From Octopus vulgaris (lineage: Eukaryota), in assembly GCA_951406725.2 (NCBI GenBank), contig OX597823.1, positions 34,968,001-35,032,000 of the forward strand: DNA of 64,000 bases, written 5' to 3'. The position numbers were made by a program, and so were the translations under genes. Below are positions 10,791 to 24,637 of the stretch, one piece after another; positions within the stretch are counted from its first letter, which is position 1, and the number at the start of each line of letters is the position of its first letter. The notes under the pieces were generated by a model. That model was not told where the DNA came from and did no database searches. It saw nothing but the letters and a program-made list of their open reading frames with translations.

Positions 10791-12113
10791 TCGTTCTTGT
10801 ATATGCTGGTCCCACACCCTCTTTTCCCTCTCAAACATTTCCCCATATCTTCCTAACGGCCATCCCTCTATCTCTCTTCTAACTATGGTACTACTCAACT
10901 GCTGCAATCATTTGAGAGCAGAATCAGTACATACTTTATCCACCCATCTTTGATACTACCAGTTGCCTCACAATGTCATCCCTGTTCATATTACATTTCA
11001 TGATCATTCCCTTTCTTTGCTTTCAGTAATCTCTCTCTCTCTCTCTCTCCTCTGAGTTACACTTTAGGTTCACTATACCTCATCTTTAACACCTCTCCCA
11101 CCTGCTATTTTTCTCAACACCCTCTCACAACTGCTATCAATGCTTCCCCTATCTTTGTCACCCCATTCACTATAAGCACCACCACGTACTTCTGACTCCC
11201 ATCTCTGCCATATTTCATCACCCTTCCACCCACCACTCCACTCAAACCATGCACATCATTGCTCTACTTTCTGATCTATCTGCAGATATATGATACTGTT
11301 GTTTCCCACACCTCCTTCCTGAGTCACTTCAGTCTCTCTCATCTCTCCTTTCAAACTTATATTTAACACCAACCACACCTTCACCCTTTTTTACCACTCG
11401 CTACATCCACTTCTAGCCCAATCTCTAACCATCTGTCACTCTCCTCTCACATTTTAATGAAATTACCCAGCCCTTCCCCACTCCTGAACTACATTCTATA
11501 TTCTTTTGTTGGTTCCTGAACCTATTTTTACTTAGTCTGTTATTTTCTGTTCACATTTTACTTGCAATGTATCATACTTTGCTCCATTGATTAAAATTTT
11601 CAAGTTTACTCTGTGCTTTTGGCAACCTTATTTTTAATATTGAGAGAGTATTTTTCTGTCACAGTTTGAGAATGTATTTTCTGAAACTACTTCAACATGC
11701 TTCCCGCTATAGCTTCGCTGTAAGTCCTTAAAATGACCTTCTCTTTTAGTTTTTGATTATTCACATATATAGTTGCACAAATGCAATTTGAGTGTACTAA
11801 ATGCAATTAACAGTAAAAAAAAATGTAAAAGAATATTAGGTACCCTGCTATTAGTGACCAAATTGTGAGGTAAAACATGATCAACAATCTAATGGCATTC
11901 CTACACACAGATTCAGCAGCAGTAGCAGCTCCAGTATCATCATTTAATGCCCATGTTCCATGCAGGCATGGGTTGGATAGTTTGACAGAATCTGATGAAC
12001 TACAGGGCTGCACCAAACACCATTGTCACCACATTTGCATTCAAATCCACTCTGCACTTTATGCATAGATCTGTAAAATTATACCTTCCTTCTCTACCAC
12101 ACTCACTACATGT

Positions 12114-13399
12114 ACAAAGGGGGTTCCCTAAAGTAACCAAAAACATTTTCTGTGGAACAAGCCCATTGTATTTCAGGCTTCTGCTGCTAGATGTCACATG
12201 ACGTGACTCTCAGGCATCAGTCTGCTGACTGCTGGCATTGTGTCAAGTCATACTGCCATGTGGTGCATCTTGGTTTTGCAGTGCTTCTCTCCTGTTCATC
12301 AATTTTTGCAATGGCTGAAATGAAGGAACAGCATGCTTCCATGAAGTTCTGTTTTGTGCTGGGTAAAACAGCAGCTGAAACAGTTCTCATGCTTCAAACA
12401 GCTTACAAGAATGCTGCCATGAGCAAAACACAAGTTTATGAATGGTTTCCATGCTTTAGGAATGGTTACTTGTTGTTTGTTTAGAGTGACTGTTGACTTC
12501 CTGAACAAATGAAAATATGAAAATTCATGAACTGATCTTGGAGGACCATCGCCAAACAATTGATGAACTTGTTGATATGTCCTGGAGCTCCTGCCAATGA
12601 ATTTTGAGCAAGGAATAGCAAATTAAAAGAGTTGCAGCAAAATTTGTGCCTCACTTACTCATGGAATATCAAAAGCAGTCATGACTGAAAGAACAGTTGG
12701 ACACTGATCTGAACCTTTTTTGTTTTTTTGAAGGTCATCACTGGTGACAAAAGCTGATGCTATGGTTATGACCTGGAAACAAAGCAGTAATCAAGTCAAT
12801 GGAAGCATTCAATGTTACCATGCCCCCCAAAAGTGCATCAAGTGAAGTCTAATGTCAAGACAATGCTGATTTGTTTTATCGATGCAAAAGGAATTGTCCA
12901 CATAGTATTTGTTCCTTCTGGACAAACTGTTAACCAGGCAGTTTACTTGGTAGTTCTGCAGTGTTTGTGAGACATGGTGAGATGAAAATGCCTCAACCAG
13001 TGGCAAAGTGGAGAGTTGTGGTTTCATCACAACAATGCACCTTCATACACTGCCTTGAATGTGAGACAGTTTTTGACCAAAAATGGCATGACCCTGTTTA
13101 CCCACCCTCATTTTTCACCTGATCTTGCTCCTTGCAACTTTTTTTTGCTCTTCCACAAAAAGTCCTTTAAGGTAAATGTTTTGCAGATGTGGAAGAGATG
13201 AAGAAAAAAATGAGGGAGGTGTTAAAAGGCATCACTTCGCAAGGGTTCAAGGACTGTTTCAAACAGTGGAAAATGCATCTGGACTGATGATTGTTTCAAA
13301 TGGAGAATACTTTAAAGGCAATAAAAGTATAAGCATGTAAAACTAAGTGAATAAAATAATATTGCAAAATTCCAGTTTCTTTTGGGTACTCCCTCATAC
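12114..13399 (+). mobile_element. Mariner DNA transposon, degenerate, near full length
   Basis: Broken transposase: MKEQHASMKFCFVLGKTAAETVLMLQTAY...VYEWF; VITGDKS*CYGYD; HHNNAP; HPHFSPDLAPCNF. TIR remnants tacaaagggggttccctaaag ... ttttgggtactccctcata. Confidence 0.88.
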
Positions 13400-13529
13400 A
13401 CATACATGCCCAACATGAAAGCACCTCTAGTAGCTTCAAATCAACAAACCCAACAATCATGCAAGATGTTCCTACCATTGCACTCAAATAATGCACTCTT
13501 GAAATAGCTCTTATCCTCATCAAAGTTTT

Positions 13530-13614
<85 letters not shown>

Positions 13615-13616
<2 letters not shown>

Positions 13617-14410
13617 TATATTAAGGGCCTTAGAGTTAATCTAGCTAAGACCAAAGTCCTACTAACTAGGAAAACAGACAAATTACTAATCCCTTCAAGA
13701 AGATGGTCCTGTTCAATATTTAGAAATAGTGTAAGTAGAAATTCCATATGATGTGCCCAGTACAAGCTATGGACACATAAGAGGTGCAGTAGTATCACTG
13801 GAAGATTAACAGAGAAAGTAGTCTTTGTGTGTGACTGATGTGTAGGTACAATAAACACTAAAAATGTACAGGAGGTAGACTTCCTCAAATATCCAGGGTA
13901 TCTTTAGAAGTGGCAGATAGGTTCCATTCTTTGGGTAACCAAGTTAGCAGTGGAAGAGAATAGTCTAAAAGTGTAGTTGCTATATTAGAGTGAGCTGGGC
14001 AAAGTTCAGAAAGCTACTACCTTTGGCAAAGAGCCTGATGCCTGTGTACAAACAGCTATGCGAAAGCTTAAAAGAAACGAAGCCAGCATGCCACCCTGGA
14101 TGGGTAATGTCAGTATACATGTACAGCAGAGTGTAAATGATTTAAGAGAAAATTGGGTATAAGAGGCATCAGATGTTGGGTGCAAGAGAGAAGACTGCAC
14201 TGGTATGGTTATGTGGTGCATATGGATGTGGTGCATAAAGAAATGCCGATCTCTAATTGTGAAGGGAACATGTGAGATGGGTAGACCCAGGAAGAAATTG
14301 AATGAAGTGATGCGAAATAATCTTCAGTTGTTGAACCTCTCTAAGATGATATGGGACTGAGACTTCTGGCAATTTGCTGTGCTTGAGAAGACACATCAAA
14401 CTAAATAAAA
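13615..14410 (+). mobile_element. Degenerate RTE LINE fragment next to (CT)n(TA)n
   Basis: [26 protein letters not shown] and terminal gctgtgcttgagaagac, homologous to the RTE at 33039-34463. Confidence 0.8.
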
Positions 14411-15169
14411 CCATGGCATTCCACAAATACAGGCATGTCCTTTACAGCCATGCCCTCCTCTCATGCATACACACAATCTGTCCTCTGTTAAAACTCCCGC
14501 ACAACCCATCTTCCCAGCATCCCCATTTCAACACTCATGCTGCAGCCCCCTCCACTCTCCCCCATGTGCTTATCCATACACTCTCAAATGTCCTCGCATA
14601 TCTACCATACTCCCATCTCTGCCACCATCACCTACTACAGTCATGTCTTCATCTCTAAACATCTTCCCTCACACTCTTATGGAACATCCTCTCTATCCCC
14701 TCTATACTACTTATACTTCCCCCTCCATTGTTTTCTGTGGGTAGGTCCCACTGCATTTCCCACCCCATCTATTTCTCTCATTCTGACTGTCTCTCTATCT
14801 CTCTCTCCCCTTCCTCCTTCCTTGTCCTACTGGGGTAGCCAGGTATCTATAGTAAGACAACTATATCTGTCCCTCACCTAGCACACAGCCACTTCCCTCA
14901 GTTCCACTCCCTCTCTCAGGTCTTTGTCAAGTTATTTGGCAACCTCTCTGGTGGTGCTGCCATGTAAAAAGCACCTGAGCACCTGTTCTGATGCCACATA
15001 AAAAGCACCTATGTTGGTGCTACATAAACAGCACCCAGTGCACTCTGAGGTTGGCATTAAGAAGGGCATCCAGCCATAGAAACCATGCCAAAGCAGACAC
15101 CAGAGCCTGATACAGCTTTCTGACCAGCATGTAAAATGGACATTAAATGATGATGATGATGATGATGGC

Positions 15170-15660
15170 TTCATTGGTTCTCTTTTCCAAGAAAAGCAAC
15201 CTCACTGAATCTGCTGACCATCTTCCTATTGTACTCACTTCCAGTAATTTAAAGGTAATAGAGACAGCCATCAATAACAATCTTCCTCAGCACCTTGAAT
15301 TGGTTCCCTCATTTCTACAGCCAGATCTACTGAAGATATACTTTCTTATACCACTATTCAATTGGCCCCTGTTCTACAGAAATTTATTGAAAGCAATATT
15401 ATTATTACATTCAACATCAGCTAAGCATTCAACTGTGCCCAGGATTTGGATCTCTTGATAAAACTATTTGCTTATGGGATCCATTTATCTCTCATTTCTT
15501 GGATAGGTGACTGCTCAAATTGCACAGGAAATTGCAGGATGTGCTTATAGAACTTTCTTTGACCCATACTCTGTTAACTTTGATGCACCCCCAAGCCTTG
15601 ATTTTGTTTCCTACATTCTACCTCCTATTATTACATCAATGATCTACTTTCCCTTATCTC
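15170..15660 (+). pseudogene. Degenerate LINE reverse-transcriptase fragment
   Basis: PIVLTSSNLKVIETAINNNL, followed by a degraded xDxSKAF-like and KLFAYGI segment with frameshifts. Confidence 0.5.
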
Positions 15661-17609
15661 CACAACGTCCTGACCTTTCTCTGCAATTGTTGTCTTTCAT
15701 TTGTTCAAGAGAAATGGTAACCACATCAATGTCACTGGCCTTGGAAGGCCTGTACCAGAGATGGACATAAGCTTTTCTTCTCGACTAATCTAACTGAATG
15801 TAAATTTGGTGATATTGAAAACACTATACAAAGCAACAACATTTATTTCATTTTCAAAACTAACTTTCTGGCTGAGTTTTTCTTAAGTTACCTTTTTGCT
15901 GTGTCTCTTCTAACATATCTATTTGCATTTCGTATCTATCGTTCTGTTTTGCATACTTTGGATTCATGGTCAGTATTAAATCTTGTAAATCTTTAAAAGC
16001 TATTTTCATAAATAAATTACGGTCAGCCTTTTGCGAAAATTCATATTGCACATATGGAGCAGAATATTTTGATATTCTTCTTTTTTTTTTCCTGCACTTC
16101 ATGTGTAATTGTTGCTTATTTTCCTTGAAAGCAACCCATGGTATGTTGGTTGCACATTTTCTAATTTTCAACAAGAGTAGTTGTGTCAACAGTCTATTAG
16201 GATCTCTTTTAAGCAAACAATTGTGAATAGTGTATGCTTATTCTGTTTTAAACATTGAACTTATTTCTGAACTGTCTGGCCTTAAAAGTTTCTAACTTCA
16301 ACTAATATTTTAATCTTATTACCAAAGGTATCTCTAATTTGCCATTCTACCTGTTCAGTGTTGCAACCATATCTCTCTTGTAAAATTCCATATTATCTTC
16401 AAAATGGGGGTGGGCACATGAAAACAGGCAGATGGCACCTAGAATAATTAAAACTGCTACTTTATTCCAGTTTTAAACTCCCTCAAAGTTTTATGAAGGC
16501 TTAAGAGAAAAGGAAACAAGATGACATTAAGTTGCAAATATTTGAAATTATTTCAGTGAAAGTGAGTACCATAGTTTATAAGTAACTTCATAATTTTGAA
16601 GATATTAAGTTGGTTAACATGCCACTGCACAGAAACTTCTCAAACCACATCTAAAAGAAAGCCATTTGATTGATTGATTGGTAAGAAATCTGTTACTAGC
16701 ACACTTCAGTCTCTAATCCACAAAATCATCATCTGCTTACTCTGCTTCTTATTCTGCAATTATAACAATTTCTGTTTCTCAGAGGTAGCTAGTTGCATAC
16801 CAGTTCTCTTGTCACCCATTCTATGGTGCTTTCCCAGGCAGTGCACTTACATGATGCTCACTACATCCATCTCAGGTTATCAACATACTGGATTTCCTTT
16901 TCTGCCCATGCTTTGTCCACAGGTGTTGACTTGCATTTATTTAAGCTGAACATCAATGATTTCAAGTTTAAATCTTTGGAGAACCTGTGAAGGTTATAGC
17001 CACAGTCTCTTATTTCCAATCGAAACCTAGAAGAAAAAAAACTAACAACTTAATTTTAGCTTTTACTGAACTGATTATTGCCAATGCAGACTTCTACTAG
17101 TCTAGTTGTACAATGTATCACCAGCAGCAACACTTGCTTATACATCTAGTACTCTTTCTCCATTCGCATCACATAAGGTCACTAATATATACAAGTTCTC
17201 AATTTCTTAAACTGTTGTGAAATAGCCTCAAGAACTCTATTGATAGAAAGCAGATGACAAAACAACATTGGTGAGCTTGTATAGAAAATTCCTCTGTAAA
17301 TTCACTGCCAATTCTAATCTTGCTGCACTATGATATATAACTTGCAGAGTTCTTTCAAGTCATTTGCCTACATATTTTCCTTAGCACTCACCAGGACGCA
17401 TTAGCTAATGTAATCTCAGATGAGAACGTGATGGCTTGGATGCCTTCAAAGCTGACTTGAAGATAAAGAACAACAAAAGCACTTTCTTTGACTCTTTTAA
17501 TTAATTAAGCAAGTAACCATATGACTTACATAGCTTAATTCCTTCAATGTCTCAGCAACTATTCCTCATCAACAAGCTGCTTTCTTTGCTGAAGCTTAAT
17601 TTTAATATG

Positions 17610-17647
<38 letters not shown>

Positions 17648-17789
17648 GTCTACTAAAGTAGTACCTCACTATCGTACTCATACTTCTCATTCAAAAATTC
17701 CATCCACCTGCATATCAAGGTAACAGTAGATCACCCCCACTAAGCTCCCTAACAATATTACTCTCTGTACTTGAACTTTGGTTAGAGAC

Positions 17790-19330
17790 TACAAACAAGA
17801 TTCAACCCCTCCATTCCTTTTATATGAAACTCATAGCATCCAAATATGTTACTCATAAGAACTCGGTTTCACCACACAATAAGATAAACATACTTATAGC
17901 AGATTTAGTTAGGCTAATGAACACTCCTACTTCTTGTGAAAACCCTGTGAAATAAAGAGACACATGCAAGAGTTTATACACTGCATGCAGTTGTCTGGTT
18001 ACACTCATAGAAATAGAGTCAGAGTGTACTGGGGTTCCAGGAAGAAGCTAGATGACATCATAAGTAAGGGCACCAGTGGAACCTGCCCTAGTTACCAACA
18101 CAATTATAAAAACAGAATATAAAGAATTAGTGATAAAGCAAACAGAATAAACACATAATATAACACAGAGTTATTTCAAGGGGTAATGTTTGTAGAGGCT
18201 GTGCCATACGGGAAGTTAGCCTGCAGGTTTAGGAAGGTTATGAAAGAAGCTAAACTCAACAGTAAAGATGTAGAAAAATCAGGGACATTTATCAAATCAC
18301 AGTTATGTAAGACATACCCCTATCATGTACTGATAGGAACTGCAATTTTTTTACTTTTAAACCTAGTATGTAGTCTACCAAATGAAATGCATCAAGGGTG
18401 ATGGCAGGAACTGGAGTGTGGCATACATTGGGGAGACATCTAAGAGCTTAGCTGAGAGGCTAAATAAACACTGATGGAAATATAAAGACAGGAAACAGTT
18501 GTCAATACTCTACCAACATGCTAGAGATCAATATAGCAGCATGTTGAATCAAATTAGTATTGAAATCTTGTCTAAACACTTGAGGGATTCATCATTAACA
18601 CAGATTGACGGATCTGTTCTCATAAATGACACAACACCAGCACTAAATAACAATATACATAGTAAATAATAGAACCACAACACCACTGCAATTACCCATG
18701 CAACACTTGCACAATATGGGCATGTATATATCCCTGTGAGTAGGAGAGTATGTTTTGGTGTAACTAAGTATATATATAGTATTACAATGACAGCAGGATA
18801 CACAGAAATCCATAAAGATAAAAACATGTAATTATGAACAGTTCCAGTACACAACCATACACGTCCAAGCACAAGTATACACACATGAAAATACACATAC
18901 ACACAGACAAACATGCTCAAGCACATGCATGCACATATGCAGAAACATGCATGCAAACTTACAGACACATATCTATTCAAACAGACAATTGGCTACACTA
19001 CACAATGCATGCGTGCATGAAAACACTCAAACATACACACAAATGATTACCTATTCAAAAGAAAAATGACTACACCACAAACACACATAAGTAAACTCAC
19101 ACAGCTACATACAAGCACATGCACACATGCACACACGCACACAGAGAGACATGACTAGTTCTTAGACAAACTCGAAGCAGACCTTGAAGAGTGAGGACAT
19201 GTCATTGATGAGGTTGTGAATAGTAATGAAAGGACTGTGACAGAGAAAACTGACAACCAATTGATTGTTCAATTAACGCATTGAACAAACCATTGAATAG
19301 TTAGTTGGTCAAATAAAGAAGTGGCATTGA
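17790..19330 (+). mobile_element. Penelope-like element (PLE) 3' remnant: linker, GIY-YIG endonuclease, CA-rich 3' region and degenerate hammerhead
   Basis: MFVEAVPYGKLACRFRKVMKEAKL...VEKSG and AYIGETSKSLAERLNKH (~18421-18471). Hammerhead-like motif at 19200-19242. Confidence 0.75.
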
Positions 19331-19786
19331 ACTGCTACATGTGTTTATTTTAATTTTTACTAGCATAATAACCCTTCCCAGACACAAGATTTGTTTCAAC
19401 ACACAAATTCACATAAAAAATCTTGCAACTCAAATGCAAAAATGATCATGTGATTTATACAATTTGACTTTACAGTAGGAGCACTTTTATGACCTACATT
19501 GGTGAAGTTCAAAGGTTTCTTTAAAATCTGATTTTTGCTTCATTTAGTGTGAATATTTTTGCTCAATTCAATCTGTATTATGATAAATTAGCTTAACACC
19601 TTTTCTCCTCAAATACTAAAGTCCATATTACTAAAGCTAGTGTGTATTATACAGTAGATATTCTTTCTAGGATTCTGTTACAAATAATTATGGATGCATG
19701 TTACACACAAGTACATATTATACCTGAATATAATAATAAGACTTTTTGGAAACTTTAATACTCATTTTTCAATTTTTGTTTTATAG

Positions 19787-19918
19787 GAAACAGATACTGA
19801 TCTTGAAGATGAAGTGGACCTCCTTATGAGCAATGACATTGTTGTCACTCAGATGTCAACTAAAAATATTACTTTCCATCGCATGAAAAGTGGTTGGTTA
19901 TTCAAAGAAGACAAAACA
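19787..19918 (+). CDS. ANKRD13C: ANKRD13C-like coding exon
   Basis: ttatag|GAA...AAA ACA|gttagt. Translates ETDTDLEDEVDLLMSNDIVVTQMSTKNITFHRMKSGWLFKEDKT; 132 nt, phase 0-0. Confidence 0.92.
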
Positions 19919-20514
19919 GTTAGTGTCAATTTTGTTTTTACAAAAAAATTCTCCCATCTTTTTTTTTTTTTTTTTGCATATAAATAGAAATAATGTGAAT
20001 GTAAAATGAATCTGTAACTGTTATCAGTAACATTTTTGAAAAACAGGTCAGAATTACCTTAAAAATTAGCAGAATATTATATAAGGTATTCTTCTGGAAT
20101 AGTTGCATAATATTCCTCAAATAATGTGGTATTTTCACTATCCACTATTTTCAGTACAAAGTAAATTAGTGTTGAGATCATTATTATGATGTTTTTTTTG
20201 TATGTAGGCTATTAGATCAAAACTTTCCTTTTTCTATAGCTTCTAAGTATCAATGTACTTTACCCTAATGTCTTTGAGCTTGCCAAGACATAATTGGAGA
20301 TAATCCTTTTAGTCATGTTGCTTCACACTTTACCAAATTTCCTTAAACAATAAAACCACATTTGCTTTTCTAGTAAAGAATGAAAAAAAATCCCTTCATG
20401 TAATACTAATTCATTTGCAATCACAACTTATATATGAAGAGTGTCCCCATTGCAAAACATACTCTTATGTGACCATGATATATAGTGCATAATTCTTGTG
20501 TCCTGTATGGGACT

Positions 20515-21010
20515 ATAGTTGACGTTTAATTTCTCCTTGACAATTGGTATTATTTTGTCTAAAATATTTTTGCTTACCCTTCCTAGGTCGGATTTAGTGG
20601 GGCATATTAGGCGTATTGAAGGTTTGGTAATAAAGTCCTTCTTGTGATCCTTGAGGTTGAAGCATGGAGGTGTAGGGCAGTATGGTTTGGTTCGGTCATC
20701 CACTTGTAATTTCTTCATAAGTTTCCAGTGTTTAGTGTTGATGTCATTTAGGGCAGCTGTTGAAGCCAGCTTGTAGGATTTGTTGAGTTTCTTCTTTATG
20801 AATTTATTGTATTCCTCAATGGTAATGGGTACGTATTTCCTGTTTTATCTGAGAAGTCATGTAATTTGGGGGATGCAGTGATTCATTTTATCATGTGTGA
20901 GATTTTTTTTTGAAAGGGGGATTTATATTTGGATAATTTAATGTTTTTAATTAAATTAATCATATCCGCTTCAAATTTTTTTGAGATGGAGGTTGTGTGT
21001 GGGGTGTTTA
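20515..21010 (-). mobile_element. Penelope-like element RT N-terminal fragment
   Basis: FNLKDHKKDFITKPSIRLICPTKSDLGRVSKNILDKI resembles the PLE (Neptune-type) RT motif LKDHK..F...P..RLI.P.KS. Confidence 0.75.
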
Positions 21011-21494
21011 TTTTATATATATATATACTTTGTTGCTATCTGTCATTTTAATTCTTCTCTTATTTATCCCATAGCCATATAAATGTTGTGAAGATGTAAA
21101 GTAGTATTTTACAACTATAATTGCATTTTTTATGGGGGATATATCAAGGCACTCTTGCATAATTCAGTTATTAAACAATATCCTAAAAGATATTTCTGAA
21201 TGTTTTGTAGCTGTTTTATTTCCTTTATCAAGGATCATTTCTTTCTTCTTCAGATGTCTGAAAATGTTATCTTTTGGGTTTTTTTTCTTTTTTTAGTAAG
21301 TCTTTTATTATTACTTGTTATTCACATATTTTAGAACTCAAAAGTTTTCTAAGAAATCATAGGGAAATTTGGAAGTAGTTTCTCAGAATGAGTTGGTTTA
21401 AATATTTATAGTTAATTCATCTTCTCATGTTAATCTTAGAAACAAATCAGTTGTGTTTGTATTTGTGCTATAAATTTATTATCTCTTGTTACAG

Positions 21495-21562
21495 GAATTA
21501 GTAGGGTCTTTTGCTGCTGATTACTATAGTATATGTGGACTAATTTTAGAATCTAGGAAAAG
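21495..21562 (+). CDS. ANKRD13C: ANKRD13C-like coding exon
   Basis: ttacag|GAA...AAA AG|gtaagt. Translates ELVGSFAADYYSICGLILESRK(R). Confidence 0.92.
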
Positions 21563-21847
21563 GTAAGTAATTATTTTTTAATCTAAAATTAGCATTTTTA
21601 CCATGTAATTTGTTTAAACTAGTTGTAAAAGCTGGTGGAGTTAAACTGTTATTGCTTTCATGTTCCTTTTTTGTTAAGATATTGATATCTTTGAAGAACA
21701 AGGACACAGATTTATTTTATGAATAACATTTTGATATTAAATCCTAAGAATGAAAAAAAAAAGCATCATTATTGAGAACACCAATTTCAGCTTTCTCAGA
21801 AATGCAAATAAACATGCACACATCCACAATCACAAACACACATATCC

Positions 21848-21898
<51 letters not shown>

Positions 21899-21923
21899 CA
21901 TATATATACACACACACACACAC

Positions 21924-21961
<38 letters not shown>

Positions 21962-22048
21962 TATTAGAGACAAAACCACTATTTTGCAAAACAAACAAGG
22001 AAAGACTTAATCAATACATAAAATTTTAATAAATAGTCAAAAAAACTG

Positions 22049-22091
22049 CCACTACAATTGTTTCTTGTCTTGATCGACAATCTTCAGGTGG
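22049..22091 (-). ncRNA. Minimal type I hammerhead ribozyme (mirror copy)
   Basis: Exact reverse complement of 22139-22181 in the left palindrome arm. Confidence 0.78.
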
Positions 22092-22138
22092 ACTTCCAAT
22101 AAGTCAGTTTCATAATTTGAAACTGACTTATTGGAAGT

Positions 22139-22181
22139 CCACCTGAAGATTGTCGATCAAGACAAGAAACAATTGTAGTGG
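22139..22181 (+). ncRNA. Minimal type I hammerhead ribozyme
   Basis: CCAC CUGAAGA UUGUC-gaucaa-GACAA GAAA C AAUU GUA GUGG: full core, stems I and II, palindromic stem III (ACAAUUGU). Predicted cleavage after A22177. Confidence 0.8.
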
Positions 22182-22399
22182 CGGTTTTTTTGACTATTTA
22201 TTAAAATTTTATGTATTGATTAAGTCTTTCCTTGTTTGTTTTGCAAAATAGTGGTTTTGTCTCTAATAATATTTTATAATATTTTACTATAAAATTGGAT
22301 TTAATCCTAAATCTGATTTTTTCCCTGTAAATTTGGATTTATTCCCTAATATTTATTATTTATATATATATATATCTATATATATATATATATATATAT

Positions 22400-22655
22400 G
22401 TCATATCATTGTTTAACGTCCATTCTCCATGCTAGCATGGGTTGGACGGTTCGACCGGGGATCTGGGAAGCCAGAAGGCTGCACCAGGCTCCGGTCTTAT
22501 CTGGCAATGTTTCTACAGCTGGATGCCCTTCCTAACGCCAACCACTCCGTGAGTGTAGTGGGTGCTTTTTACGTGCCACTTGCACTGGTGCCAGACGAGG
22601 CTGGCATCGGCCACGGTCGGATTGGTGCATTTTACGTGCCACCTGTACGGAAGCC
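22400..22655 (-). mobile_element. RTE LINE 3' UTR fragment
   Basis: ccatgctagcatgggttggacg...ggatgcccttcctaacgccaaccactcc shared with 32441-32640. Adjacent to (TA)n. Confidence 0.85.
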
Positions 22656-24637
22656 ACACATATATATGTATTTATGATATCAAAATTGCACATATATATA
22701 TGTATTTATGATATCAAAATTGGTTGTGCAGTTCTCAAGTTTTAGGGATTCACACATCAAGAAGTATTCTCAAAGTTTCCACTTCTCGTGAGGTTTCTAA
22801 GACATCCTAATGGGGGTTTTTACTCCCAAATTTTAGTCATTTCTTTTATGATCCAAAACTAGGTCAAAAGTACTGAATGGAACGAATTTGGAAATTATAT
22901 TCTATGCATAAGGGCCATAACCCCCATGACAATTCATATATTATTGCTGTTGATGAAATTTTAACCATAGATATTAGACACAAATGAAATAATATTTATA
23001 AAATTTCATCTTCTTAGAAGTTAGAAAGACCCCTTCATGGGGATTTAACACCCACAATTTAATCATTTTATCTAAGCAAAGATGAATGCAGTTGTACACT
23101 TGGAAGCTATAGGGTCACCCGAGCATAAAAGATGAGCGTTATTTGTAATTCAATTGTACAACAGTGTAAGAGTTTACTTTGAGATATACTTAGATTGTAA
23201 TTTCTGCAATGTGGTGCATAAATTGTCAAGTAAATGAGAGGCATCTTTGCCTCCACTGATTCAGTTGCAACGTGTTGAGTAAAGTTATTTGATTGCAGAT
23301 CTCCTTTGAGTCTTTTCATTATCACTGGGTCACACATAGTCCCCTGATGGTAACATTGATTTCAAGGCCTTCCCAGATGAGTGACTGGCTATTCAAAGAC
23401 ATTTACAGATTTTTAATTTATTCTGTTCAGTTACGTATCAATACGTAGTCATTTGCAAACTCCAGAGGTGACACTTTCATTTCTCCTTAGCCCTCACGTC
23501 ACACAGTTGTTAATGTTTATTTGAGTTGGGTCATGCCCTTCCAATTGCTAGATCTGTAATGCATCTTACAGCTTTGCCTGTCACCTGTATGGTGAGGAAT
23601 CCTACATTGGGAGTAGTAACAACTAGGGTACCGTAGCTGACTGCTTATTGTGATCATTCATCTTTTGGTTTCATGTAGCTTTGCTCTCTTTTACAAACTC
23701 AGTGAAAATACATATATTTCCTATTTCAAAGAAATTCAAACAATAGATATAAGACCCAAGTTAAAAAGATTCTCAACAATTCAACTTCTCTGGTTGACAT
23801 TAAGACACCCACCCCCAATTGGGGCCTTAACTCCCACATTTTAGAGCTCCATGACCTCCATTTTTCAGGAGCAAAATCCTTTTAACAGGTTCTATAAGGC
23901 TGGACTTTTGGAATCTGCGCATAAAAATCAGTAGTATGGGATACATGTGCCATGATTACAATTTTTTAGGGTGTGTACAGAGGGAAAGAACCTTCATTTG
24001 CAATTTTGATGAAATTTGAATCATAGGCATTCCAGTTCATTACAGAAAATATAACAGAAAAGTCTAATTCTTCAATTGCATGTAACACAGGCAATGCCAG
24101 ATATCTCTGCTAGTCATTCATAAAACTGTCTGCATTTTTGACAATACAGGCATGCTAATATATTTATGTAGCAAAGCTGGCAAGTTTTATTCAGCAGTAA
24201 CTTCACAAATTCTAGTATATGAGAATGACATTAGTTAAGGTGTGTATATGGACTCACTAAGTAACATCCTTGTTGTTTTCCTGACCCTGTTACGTGTTTC
24301 TTGTCTCTTCCAGTAAATGATTATATACATGGACATACACTTAGATTTACCAATAGTTTTACAGTCATACCTAGTCTAGTGCAACTGATGGTGTGTAAAG
24401 TAGAATAATCAGCATACTACAAAACATAGTAGGCAGGTTGAATATTGATTAATTTAGCTGGGTTAGACATAAGGCAATATGTAATGTTTGGTCAGGAAAT
24501 TTAAACAATAGGCCAGCTCCTTATCCATTCATAGAATCTAGTTATTCAGTTTTTAAAAGCAATTTTCCTTCGATGTGTATTGCTGTATTGATAGACTTAT
24601 ATGACTTTTTATCTCTTTTCATTCATTCTATCTAAAG

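Larger units (their letters stand above)
21952..22278. repeat. Near-perfect 161-bp-arm inverted repeat (5-nt spacer), probably inverted PLE terminal repeats
   Basis: 21952-22112 is the reverse complement of 22118-22278, with one mismatch seen (actgcc vs ggcggt). Confidence 0.95.

Noticed and set aside
10800-11500. Pyrimidine-rich strand-biased tracts (also ~14430-14920 and ~61620-62390)
   Set aside because: They follow old RTE fragments and are best explained as their low-complexity 3' regions. The ORFs are compositional artefacts.
15860-16216. Minus-strand ORF possibly derived from a transposase
   Set aside because: No motif I could identify with confidence.
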